Below are positions 50,971 to 61,292 of a stretch of 64,000 nt of DNA, in pieces. A program made the translations under genes and the position numbers. Origin of the DNA: Spirochaetaceae bacterium (lineage in GTDB: Bacteria > Spirochaetota > Spirochaetia > DSM-2461); contig JAOPTT010000013.1 of NCBI GenBank assembly GCA_051531975.1, positions 64,001 to 128,000 on the forward strand, given 5' to 3'. Every line of letters begins with the position of its first letter. Within the stretch, counting starts at the first letter, position 1. The notes below the pieces were generated by a model. The model was not told where the DNA came from and did not search any database. It saw nothing but the letters and a program-made list of their open reading frames with translations.

Positions 50971-52725
50971 ATGGCATATGAAGTAACAGCTAATCGAAGA
51001 CGACCCCAACTATTTAAAGACCTTGCAGGACAAGAATTTGTAGTATCTACCCTTACTAGTGCTATCTCATCAAGTAGAATTGCTCATGCATATCTGTTTT
51101 CTGGACCAAGAGGAGTTGGTAAAACATCTTCTGCTAGAATTTTAGCAAAATCTCTTAACTGTAAAGAGGGCCCTACAGCACTTCCTTGTGGTGTTTGTAA
51201 TAACTGTAAAGAAATTACAATTGGTAGTTCTATGGACGTTATAGAGATAGATGGAGCTTCAAATACTAGTGTTAATGATATCAGAGAAATAAAAGATGAA
51301 GTACTTTTTGCTCCTAGTGGATCAAAGTATAAGATTTATATCATAGATGAGGTTCATATGTTATCTAATAGTGCTTTTAATGCACTGTTAAAAACTATAG
51401 AGGAACCACCAGCTTATATAATTTTTATTTTTGCTACTACAGAAATTCACAAAGTTCCAGCAACAATTAGAAGTAGATGCCAGCAATTTAATTTTAGACT
51501 AATTCCTACAGAAACTTTAAAAGAACTTATTATAGAAGCATGTGATGAAATGCGTATTAAATATAGCGATGATGCAATTTATTGGATTGCAAAGGAAGGG
51601 AATGGTTCTTCTAGAGATGCCTATACTCTTTTTGATCAGATTGTATCTTTTTCTGGAGATGAAATTACTTTAGAAAAAATTCGTGAAAAATTGGGACTTG
51701 TTGGCTTAGATAATTTAAATGATTTAGTTGACGCAATGGCAGATAGAGATGCTACCACAGTATTAGATAAATGTGACTATATACTAATTTCAGGGGTTGC
51801 AGTTGAACAATTTATTGTCGATTTAGCAGAATACTTCAGAAATTTACTATTTTTATCCTATGGAATAACAAAAGAATCGTTATTAGGCTGTTCCAGTGAT
51901 AGGTTTTCTAAAAAAGCGATCGATAGTTTTACAGTTATTCAGTTAGAACATGGTGTTGAACTAATACTAAAGCTCTACAAAGATATAAGATACTCTGTTA
52001 ATCCAAGGTTTGAACTTGAACTACTATTAAGCAGACTTTCAACTTTAACAGATTTTATATCAAATAGTGAAATTTTAGATAAGATAAAGATTATTAAAGA
52101 ATCAATCTCTGGTGGAAACTTTACACAAGAACAAACAGTGATGTATGGTTCAAAAATTGAACCTGAAAAAAAAAAAATTATAAATGAAGTTGTAGTTAAA
52201 ACGGAACCAGAATCCGATAATCCCGCAGCACAATTTTTTAATAAATTTAAAACATCATCAAGGTCTAAAACAGAACCAACATCAGAGCCAATACCAGTTC
52301 CTTTAAATAGTAGTATAACAATTCCTGAGACTTCACCTACTATCAAAGAAGAGACATATTCAGAACCAGATCCATTACCTGTCACTTTTGACAAAGTTTC
52401 ATCTGGAGTTAGTGTAGAATCTTTAAAAAAGAATATTATAAGGAAACTTAGAGGTAGTTCTATTACATTAGCATCAACTTTAGAAAAAGCAGAAATATGG
52501 GATAGAGAAGGTTCAAATATTGTTTTAACTTATAAAAACTCATTTGAAGCTGCTTTAGTAGAAAAAGAAAAAAATAAAATTGTAGAAATTTTACGAGAAT
52601 TAGATAGTAGTATAATTAGTATAGTAATAAACAGAGGTGTTAAAGATGTTATAGAAGAGAAAGCCTCTATTAAAGATGATCATATTGAAAAAATATTAAC
52701 AATGTTTCGTGGAGCTATTGTTTAG
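50971..52725 (+). CDS. dnaX: DNA polymerase III gamma/tau
   Basis: GPRGVGKT, Cys Zn module, IIDEVHML, TIRSRC. Confidence 0.96.
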   Translation: MAYEVTANRRRPQLFKDLAGQEFVVSTLTSAISSSRIAHAYLFSGPRGVGKTSSARILAKSLNCKEGPTALPCGVCNNCKEITIGSSMDVIEIDGASNTSVNDIREIKDEVLFAPSGSKYKIYIIDEVHMLSNSAFNALLKTIEEPPAYIIFIFATTEIHKVPATIRSRCQQFNFRLIPTETLKELIIEACDEMRIKYSDDAIYWIAKEGNGSSRDAYTLFDQIVSFSGDEITLEKIREKLGLVGLDNLNDLVDAMADRDATTVLDKCDYILISGVAVEQFIVDLAEYFRNLLFLSYGITKESLLGCSSDRFSKKAIDSFTVIQLEHGVELILKLYKDIRYSVNPRFELELLLSRLSTLTDFISNSEILDKIKIIKESISGGNFTQEQTVMYGSKIEPEKKKIINEVVVKTEPESDNPAAQFFNKFKTSSRSKTEPTSEPIPVPLNSSITIPETSPTIKEETYSEPDPLPVTFDKVSSGVSVESLKKNIIRKLRGSSITLASTLEKAEIWDREGSNIVLTYKNSFEAALVEKEKNKIVEILRELDSSIISIVINRGVKDVIEEKASIKDDHIEKILTMFRGAIV

Positions 52726-52733
52726 GAGATTTT

Positions 52734-53057
52734 ATGGATTTTAACCCAGCAGATTTAATGAAAAATATTCAAAGTATGCAAACACAAATGAAAGATGTAC
52801 AAGGAAAACTTAAAACATTAAATGCAACTGGAACATCAGGTGGTGGTCTGGTCAAAATAGAAATAAATGGAGAAATGGAAGTTACAAATGTAACACTTGA
52901 TCCAATTGTTGTTGATTCTAGAGATATCGAAATGTTGCAGGATCTTATAATTGCAGCAATGAATAGTGCTCAGTCAAATATAAAAGATATAATACAGAGT
53001 GAAATGGCTGATAGTACAGGTATTAATATGCCATTTGACCTAAATGGATTTAAATAA
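52734..53057 (+). CDS. ybaB: YbaB/EbfC nucleoid-associated protein
   Basis: SGGGLVKI, DIEMLQDLI; dnaX-ybaB-recR synteny. Confidence 0.93.
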   Translation: MDFNPADLMKNIQSMQTQMKDVQGKLKTLNATGTSGGGLVKIEINGEMEVTNVTLDPIVVDSRDIEMLQDLIIAAMNSAQSNIKDIIQSEMADSTGINMPFDLNGFK

Positions 53058-53641
53058 TGGACTCATTTAATGATTTAGTTAGTTCATTTTCATCACTTCC
53101 ATCTATTGGTAAAAAAAGTGCTTCAAGATTAGCTTATTTTATTTTAAAAAGTGATATTAAAATTGCACAAAAACTTGCCCATGATCTTTTAAATATTAAA
53201 GAACAGATAAAAAACTGTTTAATTTGTGGAACTTATACAGAGAATGATCCGTGTGAAATTTGTTCAGCATTAAATAGAGATAAAGTTATTTGTGTAGTAG
53301 AGCAATCTCAAGATGTTTATATGATCGATTCTACTGGAGAATATAATGGATATTTTCATGTATTAAATGGGGTATTATCGCCATTAAATGGGATAGGTCC
53401 AAAAGAGCTTAGATTGGATGCGCTAGTTGAAAGAGTAAAAAATCACAATATGGAAGAAGTTATCATTGCTACAAATCCAACTATAGAGGGTGATACCACT
53501 GCTCTATATATTGTTAAACTCATCGAAGAGTATAATGTAAAAGTTACTAGAATTGCTTCAGGGATGCCTGTAGGTGGAGATATGGAATATATTGATAAAC
53601 AGACATTAAGTCGATCATTAAGAGGCCGTACAGCTCTATAG
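53057..53641 (+). CDS. recR: Recombination mediator RecR
   Basis: LPSIGKKSA, C4 Zn finger, IATNPTIEG, GMPVGG. Confidence 0.95.
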   Translation: MDSFNDLVSSFSSLPSIGKKSASRLAYFILKSDIKIAQKLAHDLLNIKEQIKNCLICGTYTENDPCEICSALNRDKVICVVEQSQDVYMIDSTGEYNGYFHVLNGVLSPLNGIGPKELRLDALVERVKNHNMEEVIIATNPTIEGDTTALYIVKLIEEYNVKVTRIASGMPVGGDMEYIDKQTLSRSLRGRTAL

Positions 53642-54172
53642 CTTACTTAAGATGTAGTCTATTTTATTCTCGACATCCGTTTTTGAGTTCCAAAATTGTG
53701 GAAATAGTATACCAACACCACCTGCAGAATTAAACTTTTCTATATTTTGAGGATAATCATCTATTAAATATGTATTTTCTTTTGCTAATAATTCTTTATT
53801 TGGTGTAATAACATAGTCTTTAAAGTTTTTATTAAATTGACTTTGTAACCATATTAGTTTTCCAGAAAGAGAGAAGGGAGAATGTGATGGAGAAGTTAAA
53901 AAATATACCTTACCAACATTAGATAACTTTGTATAGAGATCTTCAAACCATATATAAGGTTCCATTTTAGACCAAAATTCTTCGCCTTGTTTTTCTATAT
54001 TTTTCCAAAAAACCGAATTGGAAATATCTAACACTTTAGTTGCGTTAAATTCGCCAGCATGATTTTTTTTCCATTTTGGAATTTCAATATTAGGATCAAA
54101 ATTATTTGCTTTTAAACATTCTTCTATAAAATTTGTGCAAACACCATCCATATCAAGATATATTATTTTCAT
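53636..54172 (-). CDS. HAD-family 5'(3')-deoxyribonucleotidase-like protein
   Basis: LDMDGV, LTSP, K, LIDD; ATG 54172 with GAGG RBS. Confidence 0.8.
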   Translation of the reverse strand: MKIIYLDMDGVCTNFIEECLKANNFDPNIEIPKWKKNHAGEFNATKVLDISNSVFWKNIEKQGEEFWSKMEPYIWFEDLYTKLSNVGKVYFLTSPSHSPFSLSGKLIWLQSQFNKNFKDYVITPNKELLAKENTYLIDDYPQNIEKFNSAGGVGILFPQFWNSKTDVENKIDYILSKL

Positions 54173-54182
54173 AATTTTCCTC

Positions 54183-54205
54183 AAAAAAAAAGAGACCGAA
54201 GTCTC
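54183..54205 (-). terminator. Intrinsic terminator with UUCG tetraloop
   Basis: Minus strand GAGAC-TTCG-GTCTC followed by T9. Confidence 0.8.
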
Positions 54206-54210
54206 AATTT

Positions 54211-55626
54211 TTATAGTTTGTCAATTAACATAGAACACTTACCAGAAGGTATAGGTAGTGTTTTTTTCTTTTCACCAATAAGGTCAAATGTAAAATAATA
54301 AAGTTTTTCAGATTCTAACCTGATCTCCCAACCTCTATTAGTTTTATTGCTTAGTATCGTGATCATATTTCTTTTAAGTGAAAGATTATTTATACCCATT
54401 AATTCAAGAGTAGGAACAATCCAATCAACAGTCTTTCTAGGAAGACTTATACAAAGTCCAACTATATTTTCAATCATTAAAGCAATAGTTGTGACACCTG
54501 TTGCAGGAATATATAGTGGTTTATATGGTTTGTCATTCCAGACTGCAGGACCTTCTTTTAAAGGTCTATAAGCTTCCCATAAAGATCCTTTTTCACCATT
54601 TTCAGGGTGAAACGTATCTAAAATAAAGTATAAATGTTTTATAGCACTTTCACGAGCGAGTTCAAATTTATTATATTTTTCTAAACCTTTAATAACCATA
54701 AAAGTAAAATATGGATAAACAGAACCACAGAAACCATTACCGGCTTCATCAAAGTCTGGTTCACTTACAGCTAAAGTTGGAAAAGGATTATCTGTTCCAA
54801 ACTGATTAGGATCATTTAGATGAGAAATTAAAGCTTCTAATCTTTCTTCATTTGGAAGTTCTGCTAAAAGAGTCCAATAGGTTGCTATTGTTTTAACTTT
54901 TATCTGATTTTCACTTTTATCTAAATCGTAATAAAATCCATCATCATCATTCCACATTTTATTTGAAATTCTAGTTTTTAATGAAAAATATCGCTTTTTA
55001 TATCTAAAACTAATCTCTTTATCGTTTAAAACATCACCTAGAGCTGACATATATAGACAAGATAAAGCTATCTGACTATTAAAATCTACTTGATAGTATG
55101 AGTTTTTTCTAGGAGAATTATCCATTGTTGTAGCACTTAATGGTACCGAATAAAGACCATTTTCCATTCTATAATTATCATCCAACCAGGTATAATATAA
55201 TTCTAAGTAGGGCATTATCTCTTTAATTCGTTTTTTTGCTCCAACCTTATGATATAGATTGTATTCAACCCATGCAAAAATTGGAGGATTAATACCTTCA
55301 GGATTGTTTTCTGCAAAAACTGGAGAACCATCTTCAATGCTATAATCAGATCTTATAGCTCCATTACTCTCTTGTTTGCTATAGAAATTATCCAAATAGA
55401 CAGAAACATCATAATTTTTATTTGAATAGACTAAAAAGAAGGAAGACATACAAGTTTCAAACATATTTATTGTTTTTTGTTCTGGATGAGCGAAATATTC
55501 TTTTATTCCGTTAGTACTATTACCCTTTTTTTCAAAATCTACTGACCATGCCCATGTTCTATCGTATATATCTACGAAGTCTTGATCGTAGTAGTTCACA
55601 CTTGGAAATTCTTCCTTTAATGCCAT
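54211..55626 (-). CDS. (alpha/alpha)6 glycoside hydrolase, GH63/MGH1/trehalase-like
   Basis: NPPIFAW, MDNSPR, MWNDDDGFYYD, LWEAY. Confidence 0.75.
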   Translation of the reverse strand: MALKEEFPSVNYYDQDFVDIYDRTWAWSVDFEKKGNSTNGIKEYFAHPEQKTINMFETCMSSFFLVYSNKNYDVSVYLDNFYSKQESNGAIRSDYSIEDGSPVFAENNPEGINPPIFAWVEYNLYHKVGAKKRIKEIMPYLELYYTWLDDNYRMENGLYSVPLSATTMDNSPRKNSYYQVDFNSQIALSCLYMSALGDVLNDKEISFRYKKRYFSLKTRISNKMWNDDDGFYYDLDKSENQIKVKTIATYWTLLAELPNEERLEALISHLNDPNQFGTDNPFPTLAVSEPDFDEAGNGFCGSVYPYFTFMVIKGLEKYNKFELARESAIKHLYFILDTFHPENGEKGSLWEAYRPLKEGPAVWNDKPYKPLYIPATGVTTIALMIENIVGLCISLPRKTVDWIVPTLELMGINNLSLKRNMITILSNKTNRGWEIRLESEKLYYFTFDLIGEKKKTLPIPSGKCSMLIDKL

Positions 55627-55700
55627 ATTATTCCTCTATAATTGTATTGTTATTTTATTAATAGTTAGCTTACAGTTTAACACAATATGATAAAGAATGT

Positions 55701-56834
55701 CTATTTAAAAATAAATATATTATTATCTGCTCTTTTATATATCTCATTATCACAATATACAGGGAATTGATATGTCATTCCCCCTTGCTCAAAGGTTACG
55801 TTACCAACTTTTTCTCCATATGTAATTGGGGCGTCTATAGATTTAAAGTCGTAATTAAAAGTGACACCTTTTAATAATGTAAATTTTCTTTTAAACGGGA
55901 TAATTGGTTTAATAAATTTTACTAAACCATTATTTACTTTAACTAAAGGTAGCTTAATCGTATCTAGATTTACGTTTATATAATGATTAAGCCCAGTTTC
56001 TAATATTTTAATACTGTCATAAATTCTTTTATACTCAGCTTCAACCTTATTTTTGTCTCTAACTCCTGATAACACAGCAATTACACGTCTGGTAGAGTTT
56101 TTGGCTGTTAAAGATATGTTTAGACCAGATTTATCTATAAAGCCTGTTTTAAGACCATCACATCCAGGGAATAACCCGATTATTGGGTTATGATTATACT
56201 GGGTAATACCACCTATTGATGTATTACCATTTTTCTTTTTAGGGTAAGTAAAACTCTCTAATGAAAAAAGTTCATCTAAAGCCTCAGGATATTTTTTTAA
56301 GAAAATTAGGCAAAATTCTACAAACTGGATTACAGTAATTTGATTGTCATCTGCAAATCCTGAAGAGTCGATAAACTTTAAAGATGATAGACCTAGGTTT
56401 GTCATCTCATTATTGACCTCTATTAAATAATCATTAACGGAACCATAAAGGTGTTCTGCAATGGCAATTGCTGCATCATTTCCTGAAGGAATGGCCAACC
56501 CTACCATAAGTTCAATCAGTGTTACTTTTTGACCTTTCTCAATGAACATTAAAGATGAATCTCGAGGTAGATTTCTCCAGTCAGCATTTTTAGTAATAGT
56601 TACAAGATCAGTTTTATTAACTAAATTGTTATCTATAGCCAAATATGCCATATATAAAGTAACTAGTTTTGTCATAGATGCTGGTGCTATTACTTTATTA
56701 ATATTCTTATGATAGAGAATTTGTTCGGTATCATAGTCTATTAAAATTGCTGCATCTGACCATATATCAAAATCATCAGCAACAATATTAAATGTAAGCA
56801 ATATTAAAAATATTAAAGAAATTATTTTTTTCAT
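55701..56834 (-). CDS. D-alanyl-D-alanine carboxypeptidase (peptidase S11)
   Basis: PASMTK, SGND, KTG. Confidence 0.93.
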   Translation of the reverse strand: MKKIISLIFLILLTFNIVADDFDIWSDAAILIDYDTEQILYHKNINKVIAPASMTKLVTLYMAYLAIDNNLVNKTDLVTITKNADWRNLPRDSSLMFIEKGQKVTLIELMVGLAIPSGNDAAIAIAEHLYGSVNDYLIEVNNEMTNLGLSSLKFIDSSGFADDNQITVIQFVEFCLIFLKKYPEALDELFSLESFTYPKKKNGNTSIGGITQYNHNPIIGLFPGCDGLKTGFIDKSGLNISLTAKNSTRRVIAVLSGVRDKNKVEAEYKRIYDSIKILETGLNHYINVNLDTIKLPLVKVNNGLVKFIKPIIPFKRKFTLLKGVTFNYDFKSIDAPITYGEKVGNVTFEQGGMTYQFPVYCDNEIYKRADNNIFIFK

Positions 56835-56900
56835 TACTTATATTATATTATTCTTTATCTTTTTGTATGCAAAGTTACGTAATTTGGTTATAGTTTTTTT

Positions 56901-57608
56901 ATGGCAAATGAATTGATATTGGTTGTTGATGACGACAAAGATTTAAGAGACTTTACTATTTCGTGTTTAGAAGAGGAGGGTTTTAAAATAATATCTGCTG
57001 AAAATGGCGAAGATGCTATAATTAAATCTGTAACACCTAAATTAGATTTAGTTCTTTTAGATCTGAATTTACCAGATATGGATGGAGAAGATATTCTTCA
57101 GAATATAAAATCAAAAAATAATATGTTGCCTGTTATCGTTTTGTCTGGAAAAAAATCCACCTCATCTAAAGTTCTTACACTTGGTCTTGGAGCAGATGAT
57201 TATGTGACAAAGCCTTATAGTGAAGATGAGTTAATTGCCAGAATTAAAGCAAATATTAAAAAATATTCAATTTTCAACAAAATTTCAGAGAGTAAAAAGT
57301 CTCATTTGATTTCTTTAGGAAATATAACATTGGATCAAAGAAGTTTTATAGTAAAAACTAGTTGTAAAGAAGAAAAATTATCACCACGTCTATTTAGTTT
57401 ATTACGATTTTTTATGGAAAACCCATCTACTGTTTATAATAAAAAGATGATATATAAAAAAGTTTGGAATGATAATCAGTTTGATGATAATACAGTTACT
57501 GTGTTTATTAGAAAATTAAGAAGAATAATCGAAGTCGATCCTAGTAAACCACAGTTTTTATTAACAGTTTGGGGCGAAGGGTATAAGTTTAACTTTTTAG
57601 AAAAGTAA
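56901..57608 (+). CDS. OmpR-family response regulator
   Basis: LLDLNLP, GADDYVTKP, TVWGEGYKF. Confidence 0.94.
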   Translation: MANELILVVDDDKDLRDFTISCLEEEGFKIISAENGEDAIIKSVTPKLDLVLLDLNLPDMDGEDILQNIKSKNNMLPVIVLSGKKSTSSKVLTLGLGADDYVTKPYSEDELIARIKANIKKYSIFNKISESKKSHLISLGNITLDQRSFIVKTSCKEEKLSPRLFSLLRFFMENPSTVYNKKMIYKKVWNDNQFDDNTVTVFIRKLRRIIEVDPSKPQFLLTVWGEGYKFNFLEK

Positions 57609-58845
57609 GCTTAAATTCACTTCCTTTACCTCTAGTAGAAGTAACTGAAATAGAGCCATTATTTTTAGTAACCATATCTTGTATTATATATAGTCCTAAC
57701 CCTGTAGAGTTTTCACCTTGAGTTGGTTTATTTGTAAATGGGAAAAATTTAATAAATAAATTGTCAATTTCATCCTGTGTAAAGCCATTACCACAATCAT
57801 TAAAAGAGAGAATAATATTTTTATTTTCCTCTTTAATCTTAATGTTTATATGACTATTTACAGGAGAAAACTTAATTGCATTGCTTAATAAGTTATCTAC
57901 GATAGTTGTAAAAGATATTTTATCAATATGTAATAATATCTCTGGGTTGTAATAGTAGAAGTTTACTTTTTGGTTTTTATTGTTTGCCATATCGCTATAA
58001 AACTCAATAGATAAGTTTATAATATCACATACATTTAAATCAACAAAATTTAGGATTTTATTTTCAGACCTTGAGTCATTTAATAAGTTATCAATAATTG
58101 ATAACATTTTATTTGAAGAGTCTAAAATCTTGTTTGTGTTAGCTGATTCTTTACTTCCTGGAGTAATACTTTTGAGATTTCTTGTTGCGTAACCTGAAAT
58201 TAAGGTTAACGGTGATTTTAAATCATGTGCAGCCATATCAACAATATCAGACTTTAGTTTGTTAATTTTTTTTAATGATGAGTTATCTTCAAACATATTT
58301 TTTAATGAGATTGAAGAATTGATTCTTGCTATCAACTCATAGATATTATACGGTTTAGTTATAAAGTCATTAGCTCCAGCTTCAAAACCATCTATTAAAT
58401 CCTTAATATAGTTTTTTGATGTAACCATGATTACAGGTTTCTGGTAAAGTGTATAACTCTCTCTAATTTTTTTGCAAATAGTAAAACCAGATATATCTGG
58501 TAATATTAAATCTAAAAGAACTATATCAATATCTTTTTGCTTTGTTATTAAGTTTAGAGCCTGCTCACCATTTTCTGCAGTTATTACACTATATTTTGCA
58601 GCGGTTAATTGTGCCGTAAGTAATTTTCTATTAACAAAATCATCTTCAACTATTAGAATCTTATAATTTTTATTTTTTTCAGTTAAATCATCAATTGAAA
58701 ATTTATCAGATTTGGTAAAATCTTTTTTTGAAAGCTTACTGTTAATAGCTAAAGGATTAAACTTTTTTTTACCTTTTTTTATAATGAGAATATGAATAAT
58801 AATCGTTGAAATTGCTATAACTAAAATAGTAAAAGTAATCATCAT
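57589..58845 (-). CDS. REC-HisKA-HATPase hybrid kinase with N-terminal TM
   Basis: LLDLILPD, AHDLKSPL, NLLSNAIKF, TGLGL. Confidence 0.9.
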   Translation of the reverse strand: MMITFTILVIAISTIIIHILIIKKGKKKFNPLAINSKLSKKDFTKSDKFSIDDLTEKNKNYKILIVEDDFVNRKLLTAQLTAAKYSVITAENGEQALNLITKQKDIDIVLLDLILPDISGFTICKKIRESYTLYQKPVIMVTSKNYIKDLIDGFEAGANDFITKPYNIYELIARINSSISLKNMFEDNSSLKKINKLKSDIVDMAAHDLKSPLTLISGYATRNLKSITPGSKESANTNKILDSSNKMLSIIDNLLNDSRSENKILNFVDLNVCDIINLSIEFYSDMANNKNQKVNFYYYNPEILLHIDKISFTTIVDNLLSNAIKFSPVNSHINIKIKEENKNIILSFNDCGNGFTQDEIDNLFIKFFPFTNKPTQGENSTGLGLYIIQDMVTKNNGSISVTSTRGKGSEFKLTFLKS

Positions 58846-58888
58846 CTTGCTAATTATATACTATAGAAATTATAAAAATAAGTAATAT

Positions 58889-58913
58889 AAAAAAAAAGTG
58901 GGCAAAGGCCCAC
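58889..58913 (-). terminator. Terminator of the SPFH operon
   Basis: A-tract plus GTGGGC-AAAG-GCCCAC. Confidence 0.8.
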
Positions 58914-58917
58914 ATTT

Positions 58918-59859
58918 TTAATTTAAAGCTGTTTTAATTTTATTGATTATTACCTCTGGATTTGATAAATCCAGAGGGAATACAACTTTATTGTCTTTTT
59001 TATTTAAAGAACCTAATGTTGTTATATAGTCTTCAGTTAATTGTAAAGCTAAGGCATCTTTTCCTCCAGGAATAGATAGTGCTTCAGCTATTTTAGAGAT
59101 TCCTATCGCTGTCGCTTTAGAAATTGATAATATTTCAGCAGCTTTACCTTCTGCTTCGTTTATCATTTTTTCTTTTTCTCCCTCACTAATGTTAATAAGT
59201 TTCTGGAGTTCACCTTCCGATCTTCTTATTCGTGAAAGCATATCACCTTCAGAATCTAAAATTCTTGCTCTTTTATCACGGTCAGCTTGAACTTGCTTTT
59301 CCATAGTTTTTAGCACAGTTTTAGGGAAATCAATATTTTGTATTTCATATCTTGTTACAGATATTCCCCATGGTTTAGTTGCTTGATCTACGTTCTGAAT
59401 TATTTCAGAATTGATACGTTCTCTCTCTTCGAAAGTTGTATCTAAATCCATTTTTCCGATTACAGATCTCATCATTGTTTGCGCTAATTGAATTGTTGCA
59501 TACTCATAATCTTGAAGTTTTGGAGTATAAAGCCTTTTTGTTATCCCATAACTAGCTTTAACAGGATCTATTACTTTAAAATATAGAACACCATCAATAT
59601 CAATTTTAACATTATCTTCTGTAAAACATGGTTGAGGTGGAACTGCTAGAGCCTTTTCTTTAAGATTATGTTTATACTGAACTTTATCAAAGAAAGGTAT
59701 TAATAAATGTATACCTGCCTCAAAAGTAGAATAGTATTTTCCTAGTCTTTCAACAACAAATGCAGATTGTGCAGGAACAACTCTAATTGATTTAAATAGT
59801 ATAATTGCAACAATTATAGCTAGAACAAGATATAGATTGTCTAATATTAAGTTAATCAT
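58918..59859 (-). CDS. SPFH/stomatin-like (QmcA-type) protein
   Basis: VVERLGKY, LAQTMMRSVIG, WGISVTRYEI. Confidence 0.92.
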   Translation of the reverse strand: MINLILDNLYLVLAIIVAIILFKSIRVVPAQSAFVVERLGKYYSTFEAGIHLLIPFFDKVQYKHNLKEKALAVPPQPCFTEDNVKIDIDGVLYFKVIDPVKASYGITKRLYTPKLQDYEYATIQLAQTMMRSVIGKMDLDTTFEERERINSEIIQNVDQATKPWGISVTRYEIQNIDFPKTVLKTMEKQVQADRDKRARILDSEGDMLSRIRRSEGELQKLINISEGEKEKMINEAEGKAAEILSISKATAIGISKIAEALSIPGGKDALALQLTEDYITTLGSLNKKDNKVVFPLDLSNPEVIINKIKTALN

Positions 59860-60770
59860 TATTTTTTCCCTCCATTTATTGCTGGTAAAATTGTTTGAAG
59901 TATAGAGTTTAGTTCAGCTTCAGGAAGTGGTAATACTGTTGTATCAGATGAACCAAGTATTCCATCTAATTCAACCATATATTGTTGTATTATTCTCATT
60001 TTTACTGCTGAATCTCCATTTGCCTGTTTTATCGAAGCACCAACCATTTTTAGACCTTCAGCTCTAGCTTCAGCTATTATTTCAATAGATTTTGCTTTAC
60101 CTTCGGCTCTATTAACTTTACTTTGTTTTTCACCTAAAGAGTAGTTAATAGACTCTTGTCGTTCACCTTTTGATTGGTTAATATGAGCTGTTTTTATACC
60201 ATCACTTTCAAGTATATCCGCTCTCTTTTCACGTTCTGCAGTCATCTGTTGTTCCATAGCATCTTGGATAGAAGACGGAGGATCAATATCTTTTATTTCG
60301 TATCTAGTTACCTTTATACCCCAAGGATCAGATGCAATATCTACACTCTTAACAACTGCTGCATTAATATCTTCCCGTTCACAGAATGTTTTATCTAAGC
60401 TTATTTTCCCTATTTCACTTCTAAGAGTAGTTTGGGCTAATTGAGCTGTAGCAAATCGGTAATTATCAATTCCATATGATGCTTTATTGGGATCCATAAC
60501 TTTAAGATATAAAATACCATCAATTTTTAGTTGTACATTGTCTTTTGTAATACAAACTTGAGGAGGAACATCTATAACTTCCTCTTTTAACACATGTTTG
60601 TATGCAACTTTTTGTAATATTGGTATTACAATGTGAAGTCCAGGACCTAGTGTTTTTCTGTATTTACCAAAATTTTCAATTACCCATGCATGTTCCTGAG
60701 GAACAATTACAAAGGTTCTAATAAATGTAATAATTATAATAATTGCTATTATTATGACTATAATGTTCAT
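59859..60770 (-). CDS. SPFH/stomatin-like protein, paralog
   Basis: ITKDNV, LAQTTLRSEIG, QMTAEREKRA. Confidence 0.92.
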   Translation of the reverse strand: MNIIVIIIAIIIIITFIRTFVIVPQEHAWVIENFGKYRKTLGPGLHIVIPILQKVAYKHVLKEEVIDVPPQVCITKDNVQLKIDGILYLKVMDPNKASYGIDNYRFATAQLAQTTLRSEIGKISLDKTFCEREDINAAVVKSVDIASDPWGIKVTRYEIKDIDPPSSIQDAMEQQMTAEREKRADILESDGIKTAHINQSKGERQESINYSLGEKQSKVNRAEGKAKSIEIIAEARAEGLKMVGASIKQANGDSAVKMRIIQQYMVELDGILGSSDTTVLPLPEAELNSILQTILPAINGGKK

Positions 60771-60783
60771 TATTTCTCCTTAT

Positions 60784-61230
60784 TTATTTAATTTCTTTTA
60801 TAATAAAAATCATAGGATAATTTTCTTTTTTCCCTACAATTAATACTTTTTTGTTTTTACTAAGTTTACCTTCCATAGTTTCTGCTATCCAAGTAGTTCC
60901 ATGAAATTTAACTCTTCCGGGTTTATTAACTGATACTGACTCAGTTACAATACATTCCTGGTCTGTATAGTCATCTCTCTCTTTAAAAAGTTCTCCTTTT
61001 AGTGCCATTTTAAAACGACGTCTTAAAAATATTAAAGATATAATTGATACAACTGTAAAAATTATAATTTGTACCGCTGTTTGATCTCTTAACGGGGGGA
61101 TGATTAGTATAATCGCTGACGTTAATATAGCTCCTAGGCCAAAAAAGAAAATTGTAAAACCTGGAATTAAAAACTCAGATAATAATAATAAGACTCCAAT
61201 AACGAACCAAAATGTTATAATATATTCCAT
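60784..61230 (-). CDS. NfeD-family membrane protein
   Basis: FWFVIGVLLLLSEF, GRVKFHGTTW; ATG 61230 preferred because 61308 overlaps the divergent gene. Confidence 0.85.
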   Translation of the reverse strand: MEYIITFWFVIGVLLLLSEFLIPGFTIFFFGLGAILTSAIILIIPPLRDQTAVQIIIFTVVSIISLIFLRRRFKMALKGELFKERDDYTDQECIVTESVSVNKPGRVKFHGTTWIAETMEGKLSKNKKVLIVGKKENYPMIFIIKEIK

Positions 61231-61292
61231 AACTTTAAATCTATATTCATTATAGTAAGTAGTCAAAAGGTTTTTATAAAAAAGGATAATAT

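Noticed and set aside
53636..54184. Phage-like nucleotidase as evidence of a prophage
   Set aside because: No integrase, att repeat or other phage genes nearby
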